In this document: in pieces, positions 47,395 through 56,432 of the stretch
Layout: each line of letters starts with the position of its first letter
How positions within the stretch are numbered: position 1 is the first letter of the stretch
Assembly (NCBI GenBank): GCA_963676565.1
Contig: OY781089.1
Location: forward strand, 2,368,001-2,432,000
Length of the DNA stretch: 64,000 nucleotides
Source of the DNA: Halarcobacter sp.
GTDB taxonomy: Bacteria > Campylobacterota > Campylobacteria > Campylobacterales > Arcobacteraceae
Direction of reading: 5' to 3'
The notes under the pieces: model-generated
Databases searched by the model: none
What the model was told of the DNA's origin: nothing
The model's input: the letters and a program-made list of their open reading frames with translations, nothing else
Translations under genes and position numbers: made by a program

Positions 47395-48603
47395 ATGGTA
47401 AACAAATTTTTTATTGCTGGGACATTAAAGTATGTATTAGGTTTAAGTATTACTACAACAATTGGTTATGGCACTTTATTCTACTCCTTTACAATAATGT
47501 CCCAAGAGTTTGAGAAAGAATTTTTATGGTCAAAAACCTTTATTTTTGGGATATTTTCTTTAGGTATTTTTTTAGGGGGATTGCTAGCACCCAAAATAGG
47601 AAAACTTCTTGATAGTCATGGTGCAAGAGTTGTTATGTCTGTTGGTTCTTTGTTATGTGCTTTAGGTTTGTTTTTTGTCTCAAATATTCAATCTCAATTA
47701 AACTATATCTTTTCTATAATATTTTTAGAAATAGTCTCAACTTTGGTTTTATATGAAGCTGCTTTTGTGGCATTTTCCCAATTGGCTGGAAATAAAGCTA
47801 GACTTCCAATAACTCAAATCACACTAATAGCAGGTTTTGCATCAACTATTTTTTGGCCATTGATAAGTTTTTTACTTTCTTTTTTATCATGGAGAGAAGT
47901 TTATTCGATATTGGCATTTTTTCATCTTTTTATAGCTTTGCCAATTCATTTTTTTATCTTAAAAAAAGATGTTCTTATTAAAACTGATATGAAATTTTCA
48001 AATAGTTTTGATGACTCTTTAGAATTAGAAGGAAAAATAAGAAAAAAATCTTTAATTCTTGTTGGAACCGTATTTTCACTAATGGCAATCCCAATTACAG
48101 TAATGCAAACACACTTTTTAGGACTTATGAGTGGGTTTGGTATCGAAATGACTTCAGCTATTGCCCTTGGGGCTTTAATTGGTCCGTCACAAGTTGGCTC
48201 TAGAATTATAGAAATTACACTATCAAAAAAAATCACGCCAATTACTTCTGGAATATTTTCAACTTTTGTTATGAGTTTAGGAATTTTAGCCCTATATTTT
48301 AGTGGCTATGACATATTGCTTGCAACATTTTTTGTAGTATTATATGGAGCAGGACAAGGTTTAACTGATATTATAAGAGGCTCAATTCCTTTATATTTAT
48401 TTGGAAAAGACAATTTAGGAAAAACAACAGGTGGGATAAATCTATATAGAAATGTCATAGTTTCCTTAGTACCATTTGGTTTTGCGTTTTTTATGGAAAC
48501 CTTTGGGATAAGAACTTCAACACTATTTTTAGTTTTTATAACAAGCTTTGCAATGATTATATTAATAATACTAAATAAAAAAGTTTTAAAGGATTTAAAA
48601 TGA
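47395..48603 (+). CDS. MFS transporter, ArsK-like
   Basis: IGYGTLFYSF, ITLIAGFASTIFWP, LIGPSQVGSR; multiple TM helices. Confidence 0.8.
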   Translation: MVNKFFIAGTLKYVLGLSITTTIGYGTLFYSFTIMSQEFEKEFLWSKTFIFGIFSLGIFLGGLLAPKIGKLLDSHGARVVMSVGSLLCALGLFFVSNIQSQLNYIFSIIFLEIVSTLVLYEAAFVAFSQLAGNKARLPITQITLIAGFASTIFWPLISFLLSFLSWREVYSILAFFHLFIALPIHFFILKKDVLIKTDMKFSNSFDDSLELEGKIRKKSLILVGTVFSLMAIPITVMQTHFLGLMSGFGIEMTSAIALGALIGPSQVGSRIIEITLSKKITPITSGIFSTFVMSLGILALYFSGYDILLATFFVVLYGAGQGLTDIIRGSIPLYLFGKDNLGKTTGGINLYRNVIVSLVPFGFAFFMETFGIRTSTLFLVFITSFAMIILIILNKKVLKDLK

Positions 48604-49349
48604 ATCTAAGATTTTTAGGAACAGCAGATAGCAGTGGAATACCAACTCATAATTGTAAATGTATAATATGTGAAGAGTATAGAAATAAAGGAATAAAAAA
48701 TCTAGCTACAAATGCATATTTAGAATCTACAAATAATGAGATAATATTACTTGATGCAGGGATAGAAAGTATTTCAGAGATTTTTGATAGTAAAACGATT
48801 AAAGCTATTTTTCTTACGCACTTTCATGCAGACCATGTTTTAGGGCTATTAAGACTTAGATATAGTAGCGATGAAATCACATGTTATCATCCTAAAGATA
48901 ATGATGGTTTTGCAGATTTATTTAAACACAAAAAAGCAATTAAATATATAGAGAATACTCCCTTTGAAAAAATTGTAATAAACAATATAGAGTTTTATCC
49001 AGTGCCTTTGAAACACTCTAAAAATACTACTGGATATATAATAAAAAATAAAGAAAAAACAATAGCTTATCTAACTGATTGTGGGGGTATTAGTGAAAAA
49101 TCTATGCAGTTTTTAAAATCTTTTGATTTAGATGAGTGTTACATAGATGCAGGCGCGAATCCAAACATCGAAAATAAAAACCATTTAGATTATATACAAG
49201 GAACAAAAGTTCTAGATGAAATAGGTGCTAAAAACTCTTTTTTAATTCATTGTAACCATAAAGTTTTAAGTACTATAAAAAAAGAAGAAATAAAATTAAA
49301 ATATAAGTATATCGATAAGACTGTAAATTTAGCAATATCTGTAAGATGA
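48600..49349 (+). CDS. phnP: Phosphoribosyl cyclic phosphodiesterase (MBL fold)
   Basis: FLGTA..GIP..CKCIIC, LLDAG, LTHFHADHVLGL, LKHSK, YLTD. Confidence 0.92.
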   Translation: MNLRFLGTADSSGIPTHNCKCIICEEYRNKGIKNLATNAYLESTNNEIILLDAGIESISEIFDSKTIKAIFLTHFHADHVLGLLRLRYSSDEITCYHPKDNDGFADLFKHKKAIKYIENTPFEKIVINNIEFYPVPLKHSKNTTGYIIKNKEKTIAYLTDCGGISEKSMQFLKSFDLDECYIDAGANPNIENKNHLDYIQGTKVLDEIGAKNSFLIHCNHKVLSTIKKEEIKLKYKYIDKTVNLAISVR

Positions 49350-49503
49350 ATATTTAAAATATGTCAAGCTGCAATTTTTTCATATCAAAATCCTTTTTAT
49401 CATCTATGCCAAGTATATTATAATTTACTTTTAAAGCATAGATAAAAGAAATAAAAGAGATAATATTAAAAAATTATTTAAATAATTTACAGAGGTTAAA
49501 TAA

Positions 49504-50292
49504 ATGAAAAGTTTAAAAAAGAAATTAACTATTGGAGTATTTAGCTTAAGCATATTATTCCCACTATATCTATTTTCAGACACACTAAGAATAGCTACAG
49601 ATGAATGGTGTCCTTATGATTGTTTAGCAGGACAAAATGATGGAAAATTTGGTTATTTAGGTGATTTATTAGTTGAGACTATGAAATCAAGAGGTCATAA
49701 AGTAGAGTTTGTAGAAGTTAGTTATACTCGTGGTTTAGAATTAGTACGAGAAGGAAAATTAGATGGCACTATGGCTTGTTTTAGAGAAGAAGCACCTGAT
49801 TTTATTTTTCCAGATTTTGCTCTTGGGAAAAGTAACAGTACTTTTTTTAGTCTTAAAAACTCTACTTGGGAATACTCAGGAACAAAATCTCTAAAAGAAG
49901 CCAAAATGATTGGTATAATTGATGGCTATGACTATGTTGACCCAACTGTAATGGAATATATTAATAAAAATCCAAAAAATATTTTAGCAATAAAAGGTGA
50001 AAAACCATTAGAAAGATTATTAGAAATGTTGATTAATGGTCGTATAACAACAATTATTGAAGACAGAAGTGTTTTAGAATATAAAATCAATCAAATGGGT
50101 AAAGCTGACTTGATAAAAGTAGCTGGTGTGACAGATGTAGTAATTGACGTATTTGCTAGTTTCTCACCTAAAAAAGAAAACTCAAAAGCGTATGCCAAAA
50201 TTTTATCTGAAGAAACTATAAAAATGAGAGAAGATGGAAGATTAAAAGTTTTATTAGATAAATATGGAATTAAAGATTGGCAATCTAAGTAA
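49504..50292 (+). CDS. Periplasmic substrate-binding protein (family 3)
   Basis: DEWCPYDC, MREDGRLKVLLDKYGI. Confidence 0.88.
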   Translation: MKSLKKKLTIGVFSLSILFPLYLFSDTLRIATDEWCPYDCLAGQNDGKFGYLGDLLVETMKSRGHKVEFVEVSYTRGLELVREGKLDGTMACFREEAPDFIFPDFALGKSNSTFFSLKNSTWEYSGTKSLKEAKMIGIIDGYDYVDPTVMEYINKNPKNILAIKGEKPLERLLEMLINGRITTIIEDRSVLEYKINQMGKADLIKVAGVTDVVIDVFASFSPKKENSKAYAKILSEETIKMREDGRLKVLLDKYGIKDWQSK

Positions 50293-50296
50293 TATT

Positions 50297-51541
50297 ATGT
50301 TTAGCTCTTTATTAAAACGTTTCCGTCAAAATATTGCATTACATTTACTAACTACTATTTTTAGTTTTTATTTTTTAGTTGCAGTTCTTGTAACTGTAGT
50401 TCAACTTTATAAAGAGTATGAAGACACTAAATCTAAATTCTACAAAGAGATTCAAACCTTACCAGCTACTTTTAATAGAGGTATTGTTGACTCCGTTTGG
50501 ACATATAATAAAGAGTTATTACAATCTATTTTATTAGGTATGCATAATTTACCTATTGTCGTGGGAATTAAAGTTGAATCAATTGATCATAAAATGGATT
50601 TCAAAATAGGAGCAGTTTTAAATGAAAAAAATGAGATAAGCTATTATGATTCTTCAGGGAAAATAACAGAGCAAAAAGAGTTTGGGTTAGGTACTGATAC
50701 ACTGTTTAAACATGAATTTCCTATGGAATATACAGGAGTGGCTTTTGAACAAAAAGTGCCTTTAGGTCAAGTTACACTATACTCAAATAATCAACTAGTA
50801 TTTGATAGAGTTAAATATGGTTTTATTCTTATTTTAATCAATTCGATTATCAAAACAATTGCACTATGGTTTATTATATATTACTTTATAAGAAAATATT
50901 TAGGACAACCTTTAGAGGAATTTACTACTAAAATACGTAAACAAGATATACATTTTCCGCAAGCTATTGATTTAAATATTCCTTGGACAGATACAAATGA
51001 ATTATATGTATTAAAAGATAGTTATAATCAAATGATAGCACGTTTAAATAAGCACAAAGTCCTTAGTATTACAGATAAATTAACAGGAGTTTTTAATAGA
51101 CTAAAACTTGATGAAGTACTTAATGACGAATTTAATCGTAGTAGTCGTTTCAAAAGTAACTTTGGAGTAATTATTATAGATATTGATTACTTCAAAAAAA
51201 TTAATGATACTTTTGGTCATTTAGTTGGGGATCAAGTACTTATTGAATTTGCCAAAATTCTTGAGACAAATATTCGTAAAATTGATGTCTTAGGACGTTG
51301 GGGAGGAGAAGAGTTTATGATAATATGTCCTGAAACTAATTTTCAAGGTACTATAAAAGTAGCCCAGTCTCTTCGTGAAATAATTAGTGAATATGAGTTT
51401 TCAACTGTTAATAAAATTAGCGCAAGTTTTGGTATATCAGCATATAATAAAAATGATGAGAATATAGATAAAATCATTGCACGTGCAGATAGTGCTTTAT
51501 ATAAAGCAAAAGTAAATGGTAGAAATAGAGTTGAAGGGTAA
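50297..51541 (+). CDS. Membrane diguanylate cyclase (likely ATG 50297)
   Basis: Two TM helices, HAMP-like linker, DKLTGVFNR, DIDYFKKINDTFGH, RWGGEEF. Confidence 0.93.
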   Translation: MFSSLLKRFRQNIALHLLTTIFSFYFLVAVLVTVVQLYKEYEDTKSKFYKEIQTLPATFNRGIVDSVWTYNKELLQSILLGMHNLPIVVGIKVESIDHKMDFKIGAVLNEKNEISYYDSSGKITEQKEFGLGTDTLFKHEFPMEYTGVAFEQKVPLGQVTLYSNNQLVFDRVKYGFILILINSIIKTIALWFIIYYFIRKYLGQPLEEFTTKIRKQDIHFPQAIDLNIPWTDTNELYVLKDSYNQMIARLNKHKVLSITDKLTGVFNRLKLDEVLNDEFNRSSRFKSNFGVIIIDIDYFKKINDTFGHLVGDQVLIEFAKILETNIRKIDVLGRWGGEEFMIICPETNFQGTIKVAQSLREIISEYEFSTVNKISASFGISAYNKNDENIDKIIARADSALYKAKVNGRNRVEG

Positions 51542-51596
51542 ATATAATTAAGTTTTAAAACAAAACAAGTATTGATGTTGGGATAGGTGCTTATAG

Positions 51597-51936
51597 TATT
51601 TAGGTACATCTATAAGCTGAGTTATGTAGTTGATAATAATTTATCTAGTTGTTAAATCACTTTAACAATCATGCGAGAAACAATATTTGTGAAGCTTATT
51701 ACCACGCTTCTCTTGCTGCTGGTTGGGTTTACATAGCTCTATGAATTGCTTCAAAGACTGGTGGGCTCTTACCCCACCGTTTCACCCTTACCCAAATGGG
51801 CGGTATACTTTCTGTTGCACTGTCCCTTAGGTTACCCTAGCCATCCGTTAGATGGAACCATGCTTCACTGCAGCCCAGACTTTCCTCTTGAAAAATTTCA
51901 ATTATTTTTCAAGCTATTATCCAATGTACCTAAATA
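51597..51936 (-). ncRNA. rnpB: RNase P RNA (class A)
   Basis: Minus strand GAGGAAAGTCTGGGCTGC, AGTGCAACAGAAA, GGTGAAACGGTGGGGTAAGAGCCCACC, ACATAACTCAGCTTAT; P1 pairing TATTTAGGTACAT/ATGTACCTAAATA. Ends approximate. Confidence 0.95.
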
Positions 51937-51963
51937 AGGTTGGAATTCTATCTAAAAAGCTCT

Positions 51964-52491
51964 TTATTTTTCTATAATATCATAATAGTCAGGGGGTAAA
52001 AATTGAAATACGCTATCATTTATTTCTATATTTTGTTTGTTATTTAGAAACTTTATCTCTATAGAATTTGCAAGTTCATCTTTGTAAGAAAGTGATGAGA
52101 TTTTGTCATCTTTAATTTTTATAAGATATTCTACATCATATAAATTAGATTCGAAAAGGTTTTCTTCAATCTTTTTTGCCTCTTTTAAAAGTTTTATCAT
52201 ATCAATACTTTTTTCTAATTTTGTATAAATTGCTTGTTCCAATTCAGGTTCATCAACTATTACTAAATCATCTATTAAAAATACATTTTTTACAACTGGC
52301 TCAAAGTATTTCCATAAAACTTTTCCATTATTTTTAATAAAAACTTTTCCTTTGTACTCAATTGTTTTCCCAGACTCATTTGTTACTGTTTGCAAAAAAT
52401 CTGCTTCAAAACTTCTAATATTTTCTTTATCAAAAGAAGCAAATGCTAAAGAAATAAACAACCCCATTACCAAAAAGATTCTATAAACCAT
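51964..52491 (-). CDS. lolA: Outer-membrane lipoprotein chaperone LolA
   Basis: SFEADFLQ, LWKYFEP, DEPELEQA; divergent from secA. Confidence 0.88.
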   Translation of the reverse strand: MVYRIFLVMGLFISLAFASFDKENIRSFEADFLQTVTNESGKTIEYKGKVFIKNNGKVLWKYFEPVVKNVFLIDDLVIVDEPELEQAIYTKLEKSIDMIKLLKEAKKIEENLFESNLYDVEYLIKIKDDKISSLSYKDELANSIEIKFLNNKQNIEINDSVFQFLPPDYYDIIEK

Positions 52492-52587
52492 TTTTTAACC
52501 TTATTTTATATATAATCTTGCGATTATAACTAATACCAAATTAAAGTAGATAGATTGTGAAGAGTTTGGTAAAAAGGAACATTTTTT

Positions 52588-55206
52588 ATGGTTAATATTT
52601 TTTCAAGTATATTTGGGACATCAAATGATAGAGAAGTAAAAAAATACAAAAAAAGAGCAAATGCTATTACAGCACTTGAGAGTAAATATGAGAATTTAAG
52701 TGATGAAGAGCTTAAGGGTGCTTTTAATGAATTAAAAGAACAAGTTAAAAGTGAAGAAAAAACTTTAGATGAAGTATTAAACGATTCATTTGCTATTACA
52801 AGAGAAGCTTCTAAAAGAGTTTTAGGAATGAGACACTATGATGTACAGCTAATTGGTGGTATGGTTTTACATGAAGGTAGAATTGCAGAAATGAAAACAG
52901 GTGAAGGTAAAACTTTAGTTGCTACACTTCCTGTTGCACTAAATGCAATGACAGGAAGAGGCGTTCATGTTGTTACTGTAAATGACTACCTAGCTTCAAG
53001 GGATGCTGTAGAGTTAGAGCCTCTTTATAACTTTTTAGGGTATACAGTTGGTGCTATTGTTGGAAGCATTAGAGATGATGAGCAAAGAAAAGAGCAATAT
53101 AGTTCAGATATCACTTATGGTACAAACAACGAATTTGGTTTTGATTATCTAAGAGATAATATGAACTATGATTTAGAAGAGAAAGTTCAAAGAGATCATT
53201 ACTTTGTAATTGTCGATGAAGTTGACTCAATTTTAATCGATGAAGCAAGAACTCCACTAATTATCTCTGGTCCTACAAACCATAAAAGTGCAGACTATGC
53301 AAAATCAAATGAGATTGCACTTAAACTTGAAAAAGGTGAATTGATTGAACCTAAGTCTGCTGATGAAAAGCCATATTCTACAGGAGATTTTACAGTTGAT
53401 GAAAAAAATAAAGCTATTTTAATCACTGAAAAAGGTATAGAAAAAGCTGAAAAGCTTTATGGTGTTGATAACTTATATTCACTTGAAAATGCAATTTTAT
53501 CTCATCACTTAGACCAAGCACTAAAAGCACATTATGTATTTGTTAAAGATGTTGATTATGTTGTAAAAGAAAATGAAGTTATCATTGTAGATGAATTTAC
53601 AGGAAGATTAAGTGAAGGAAGAAGATTCTCTGAGGGATTACACCAAGCACTAGAAGCAAAAGAAGGTGTTGTTATTCAAGATGAATCACAAACACTTGCA
53701 GATATTACTTTCCAAAATTACTTTAGAATGTATGATAAATTAGCTGGTATGACGGGTACAGCACAAACAGAAGCAACAGAGTTTGCTGAAATTTATAATC
53801 TTGATGTTGTATCAATACCAACAAATGTTCCTGTTCAAAGAATTGATAAAAATGATTTAATCTACAAAAGTGAAAGAGAAAAGTTTGAAGCTGTAAGTAA
53901 AAAGATTAAAGAATACCATGAAAAAGGACAGCCTGTTCTTGTTGGTACTGCTTCAATTGAAAAATCTGAACATCTTCATAATCTTTTAACAAAACAAAAA
54001 ATTCCCCATACAGTATTAAATGCTAAGCAACATGAAAAAGAGGGAAAAATTATTGAAGATGCAGGTCAAAAAGGTGCTGTAACAATTGCTACAAATATGG
54101 CTGGTCGTGGTGTTGATATTAAACTTCCAAAAGAGTGTTTAGAACTTGGTGGTTTAGCAATTATAGGTACAGAAAGACATGAATCAAGAAGAATTGATAA
54201 TCAATTAAGAGGTAGAGCTGGACGTCAAGGTGATGTTGGTGAATCTCAATTTTATTTATCTTTAGAAGATAACCTATTAAGAATCTTTGGAAGTGATAAA
54301 ATCAAAGGTATCATGGAAAGAATTGGTATTGAAGAGGGTGAGCATATTGAATCTAAGATGGTAACAAGAGCCGTTGAAAATGCTCAGAAAAAAGTTGAGA
54401 CAATGCATTTTGAAGCAAGAAAACATATCTTAGAGTATGATGACGTTGCAAATAAGCAAAGAAAAGTTATATATGCATTTAGAAATGACCTTTTAAACCC
54501 AGATTACGATATTACTTCTAAACTTGAAGAGAATAGACTTGAATATGTTCAAGATTTATTAGCAAATGCCGAGATTATAGAAGGTATGCCTTCAGAAGAC
54601 TTTAACTATGAATTTGTAATTGCTAAACTAAAAGAGGAATTAAACCTAGTAGTAGAGCAAGAGCATATAGAATCAAAAGATTACTTAGAACTAGAGCAAA
54701 AACTTTTAAATATTATCACTGAAGTTTATAACCAAAAAATGAGTATAGCGGCACCTGAACAAAGACATGAGATTGAAAGAATTCTTTATTTACAAATCCT
54801 TGATAAAGCTTGGAGAGAACATTTATACTCAATGGATACATTAAAAACAGGTATTGGGCTTAGAGGATATAACCAAAAAGATCCACTTGTTGAATATAAA
54901 AAAGAATCATATAATATGTTTATTGAGTTAATTGGAAGTATTAAACATGAAGTAATCAAAGTATTATTTACAGTTCAATTACAAAGTAATGAAGATGCAC
55001 AAAAAGAGCAACAAGCATTAGAAAAAATGAAAGAGCAAATGGAAGAATCTATTGAAGATATTGTAACTAATATTGACCAAGAAGCATTAACTTCAAGCGA
55101 AAAGAAAATTGCTAGAAACGAACCTTGCCCATGTGGATCTGGAAAAAAATATAAACAATGTTGTGGTAAAAGTGGACCTAAAAGAGGTTTAGTAGCAGGA
55201 AACTAA
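52588..55206 (+). CDS. secA: Preprotein translocase SecA
   Basis: [50 protein letters not shown]. Confidence 0.99.
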   Translation: MVNIFSSIFGTSNDREVKKYKKRANAITALESKYENLSDEELKGAFNELKEQVKSEEKTLDEVLNDSFAITREASKRVLGMRHYDVQLIGGMVLHEGRIAEMKTGEGKTLVATLPVALNAMTGRGVHVVTVNDYLASRDAVELEPLYNFLGYTVGAIVGSIRDDEQRKEQYSSDITYGTNNEFGFDYLRDNMNYDLEEKVQRDHYFVIVDEVDSILIDEARTPLIISGPTNHKSADYAKSNEIALKLEKGELIEPKSADEKPYSTGDFTVDEKNKAILITEKGIEKAEKLYGVDNLYSLENAILSHHLDQALKAHYVFVKDVDYVVKENEVIIVDEFTGRLSEGRRFSEGLHQALEAKEGVVIQDESQTLADITFQNYFRMYDKLAGMTGTAQTEATEFAEIYNLDVVSIPTNVPVQRIDKNDLIYKSEREKFEAVSKKIKEYHEKGQPVLVGTASIEKSEHLHNLLTKQKIPHTVLNAKQHEKEGKIIEDAGQKGAVTIATNMAGRGVDIKLPKECLELGGLAIIGTERHESRRIDNQLRGRAGRQGDVGESQFYLSLEDNLLRIFGSDKIKGIMERIGIEEGEHIESKMVTRAVENAQKKVETMHFEARKHILEYDDVANKQRKVIYAFRNDLLNPDYDITSKLEENRLEYVQDLLANAEIIEGMPSEDFNYEFVIAKLKEELNLVVEQEHIESKDYLELEQKLLNIITEVYNQKMSIAAPEQRHEIERILYLQILDKAWREHLYSMDTLKTGIGLRGYNQKDPLVEYKKESYNMFIELIGSIKHEVIKVLFTVQLQSNEDAQKEQQALEKMKEQMEESIEDIVTNIDQEALTSSEKKIARNEPCPCGSGKKYKQCCGKSGPKRGLVAGN

Positions 55207-55207
55207 T

Positions 55208-56413
55208 TTGAATAGAAAATTAGTAAACTTTATTGTCAAAAAATATCTAAAATTTGACAAAAAAAATCCATTTATTTCAATAAGTGCCATCTTGGCATTT
55301 ATTGGAGTTGCCATTGGTGTGATGGTCTTAATGATTTCTATGGCTATTATGAATGGTACAGCAAAAGAGTTTGAAAGTAAACTTTTTACAATGAACTACC
55401 CTTTATCAATTTATCCTAAATTTTCTAATAGTGTTAATAAAGAATTATTACAAAACTTAGAAAAAGAATATCCTAATCTAAAATTTTCACCATACTTAAG
55501 CTCACAAGTTATTATTCAAAATGGTGACAATATGAATGGTGGTATGATTTTTGGAGTTGATTCAGAAAAAGAATCTCAAATTAACTCTATTTATGAAAAA
55601 GCAGCAAAGGGTTTAAAGCTATCAAAATATGACATAATTGTTGGTGATGGGATTAGAGAAAATCTATATTTAACTACTGGTGAAAAGGCAACCTTATATT
55701 TTACTTCATTGAACCCAACGGGTCTTTCTATGATGCCAAAATTAAAAAGATTTACTTATCAAAACTCATTTAAATCTGGACTTCATGCCTACGATAAAGC
55801 TTATATGTATACTACTATTGAAGCCTTACAAACTCTAACAAAAAAAGGTGAAGGAAACTTTGATGGTATTCATGTATATAGTGATAATGCCATGAAAGAC
55901 ATTGTTCCTTTAAAAGAGTTTTTAAGAGACTATGGAGCTGGAGTTATTGGATGGTGGCAACAAAATGGGAACTTCTTTGCTGCAATGCAAATGGAAAAAA
56001 AGGCTTTATTTATTGTCTTAATGCTAATTATACTTGTGGCATCACTAAATATCATCTCTTCACTTCTAATGACAGTTATGAGTAGAAGAAAAGAGATTGC
56101 CCTACTTTTATCTATGGGAGCTTCATATAAAGAGATTAAACAAATATTTTTAAAACTTGGAACTATAATTGGTTTCTCTGGAATTGTTATTGGAGTATTA
56201 TTAGGATTTAGTGGGATGTGGCTACTTGATACTTTTGAGATTATTTCACTTCCTGCAGATGTTTACGGAACTTCAAAATTACCATTAGACTTATCATTAA
56301 TTGACTTTATCTCAATCATTATTGGAGCTTCTATAATTGTTCTTTTATCTTCATATTATCCAGCAAAAAAAGCAACAAAAATTGATGTAATTGATGTATT
56401 AAGAAATGAGTAG
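55208..56413 (+). CDS. Lipoprotein-releasing ABC permease (LolC/E/F family)
   Basis: GVAIGVMVL..MAIMNG, LNIISSLLMTV..RRKEIALL, YYPAKKA. Confidence 0.92.
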   Translation: MNRKLVNFIVKKYLKFDKKNPFISISAILAFIGVAIGVMVLMISMAIMNGTAKEFESKLFTMNYPLSIYPKFSNSVNKELLQNLEKEYPNLKFSPYLSSQVIIQNGDNMNGGMIFGVDSEKESQINSIYEKAAKGLKLSKYDIIVGDGIRENLYLTTGEKATLYFTSLNPTGLSMMPKLKRFTYQNSFKSGLHAYDKAYMYTTIEALQTLTKKGEGNFDGIHVYSDNAMKDIVPLKEFLRDYGAGVIGWWQQNGNFFAAMQMEKKALFIVLMLIILVASLNIISSLLMTVMSRRKEIALLLSMGASYKEIKQIFLKLGTIIGFSGIVIGVLLGFSGMWLLDTFEIISLPADVYGTSKLPLDLSLIDFISIIIGASIIVLLSSYYPAKKATKIDVIDVLRNE

Positions 56414-56432
56414 AAAAGGTATAATTTTTCTA

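Noticed and set aside
36259..51600. phn region as an island integrated at rnpB
   Set aside because: No integrase or transposase, and I found no duplicated rnpB end.
51746..51937. 63-aa ORF on the + strand
   Set aside because: Antisense to RNase P RNA.
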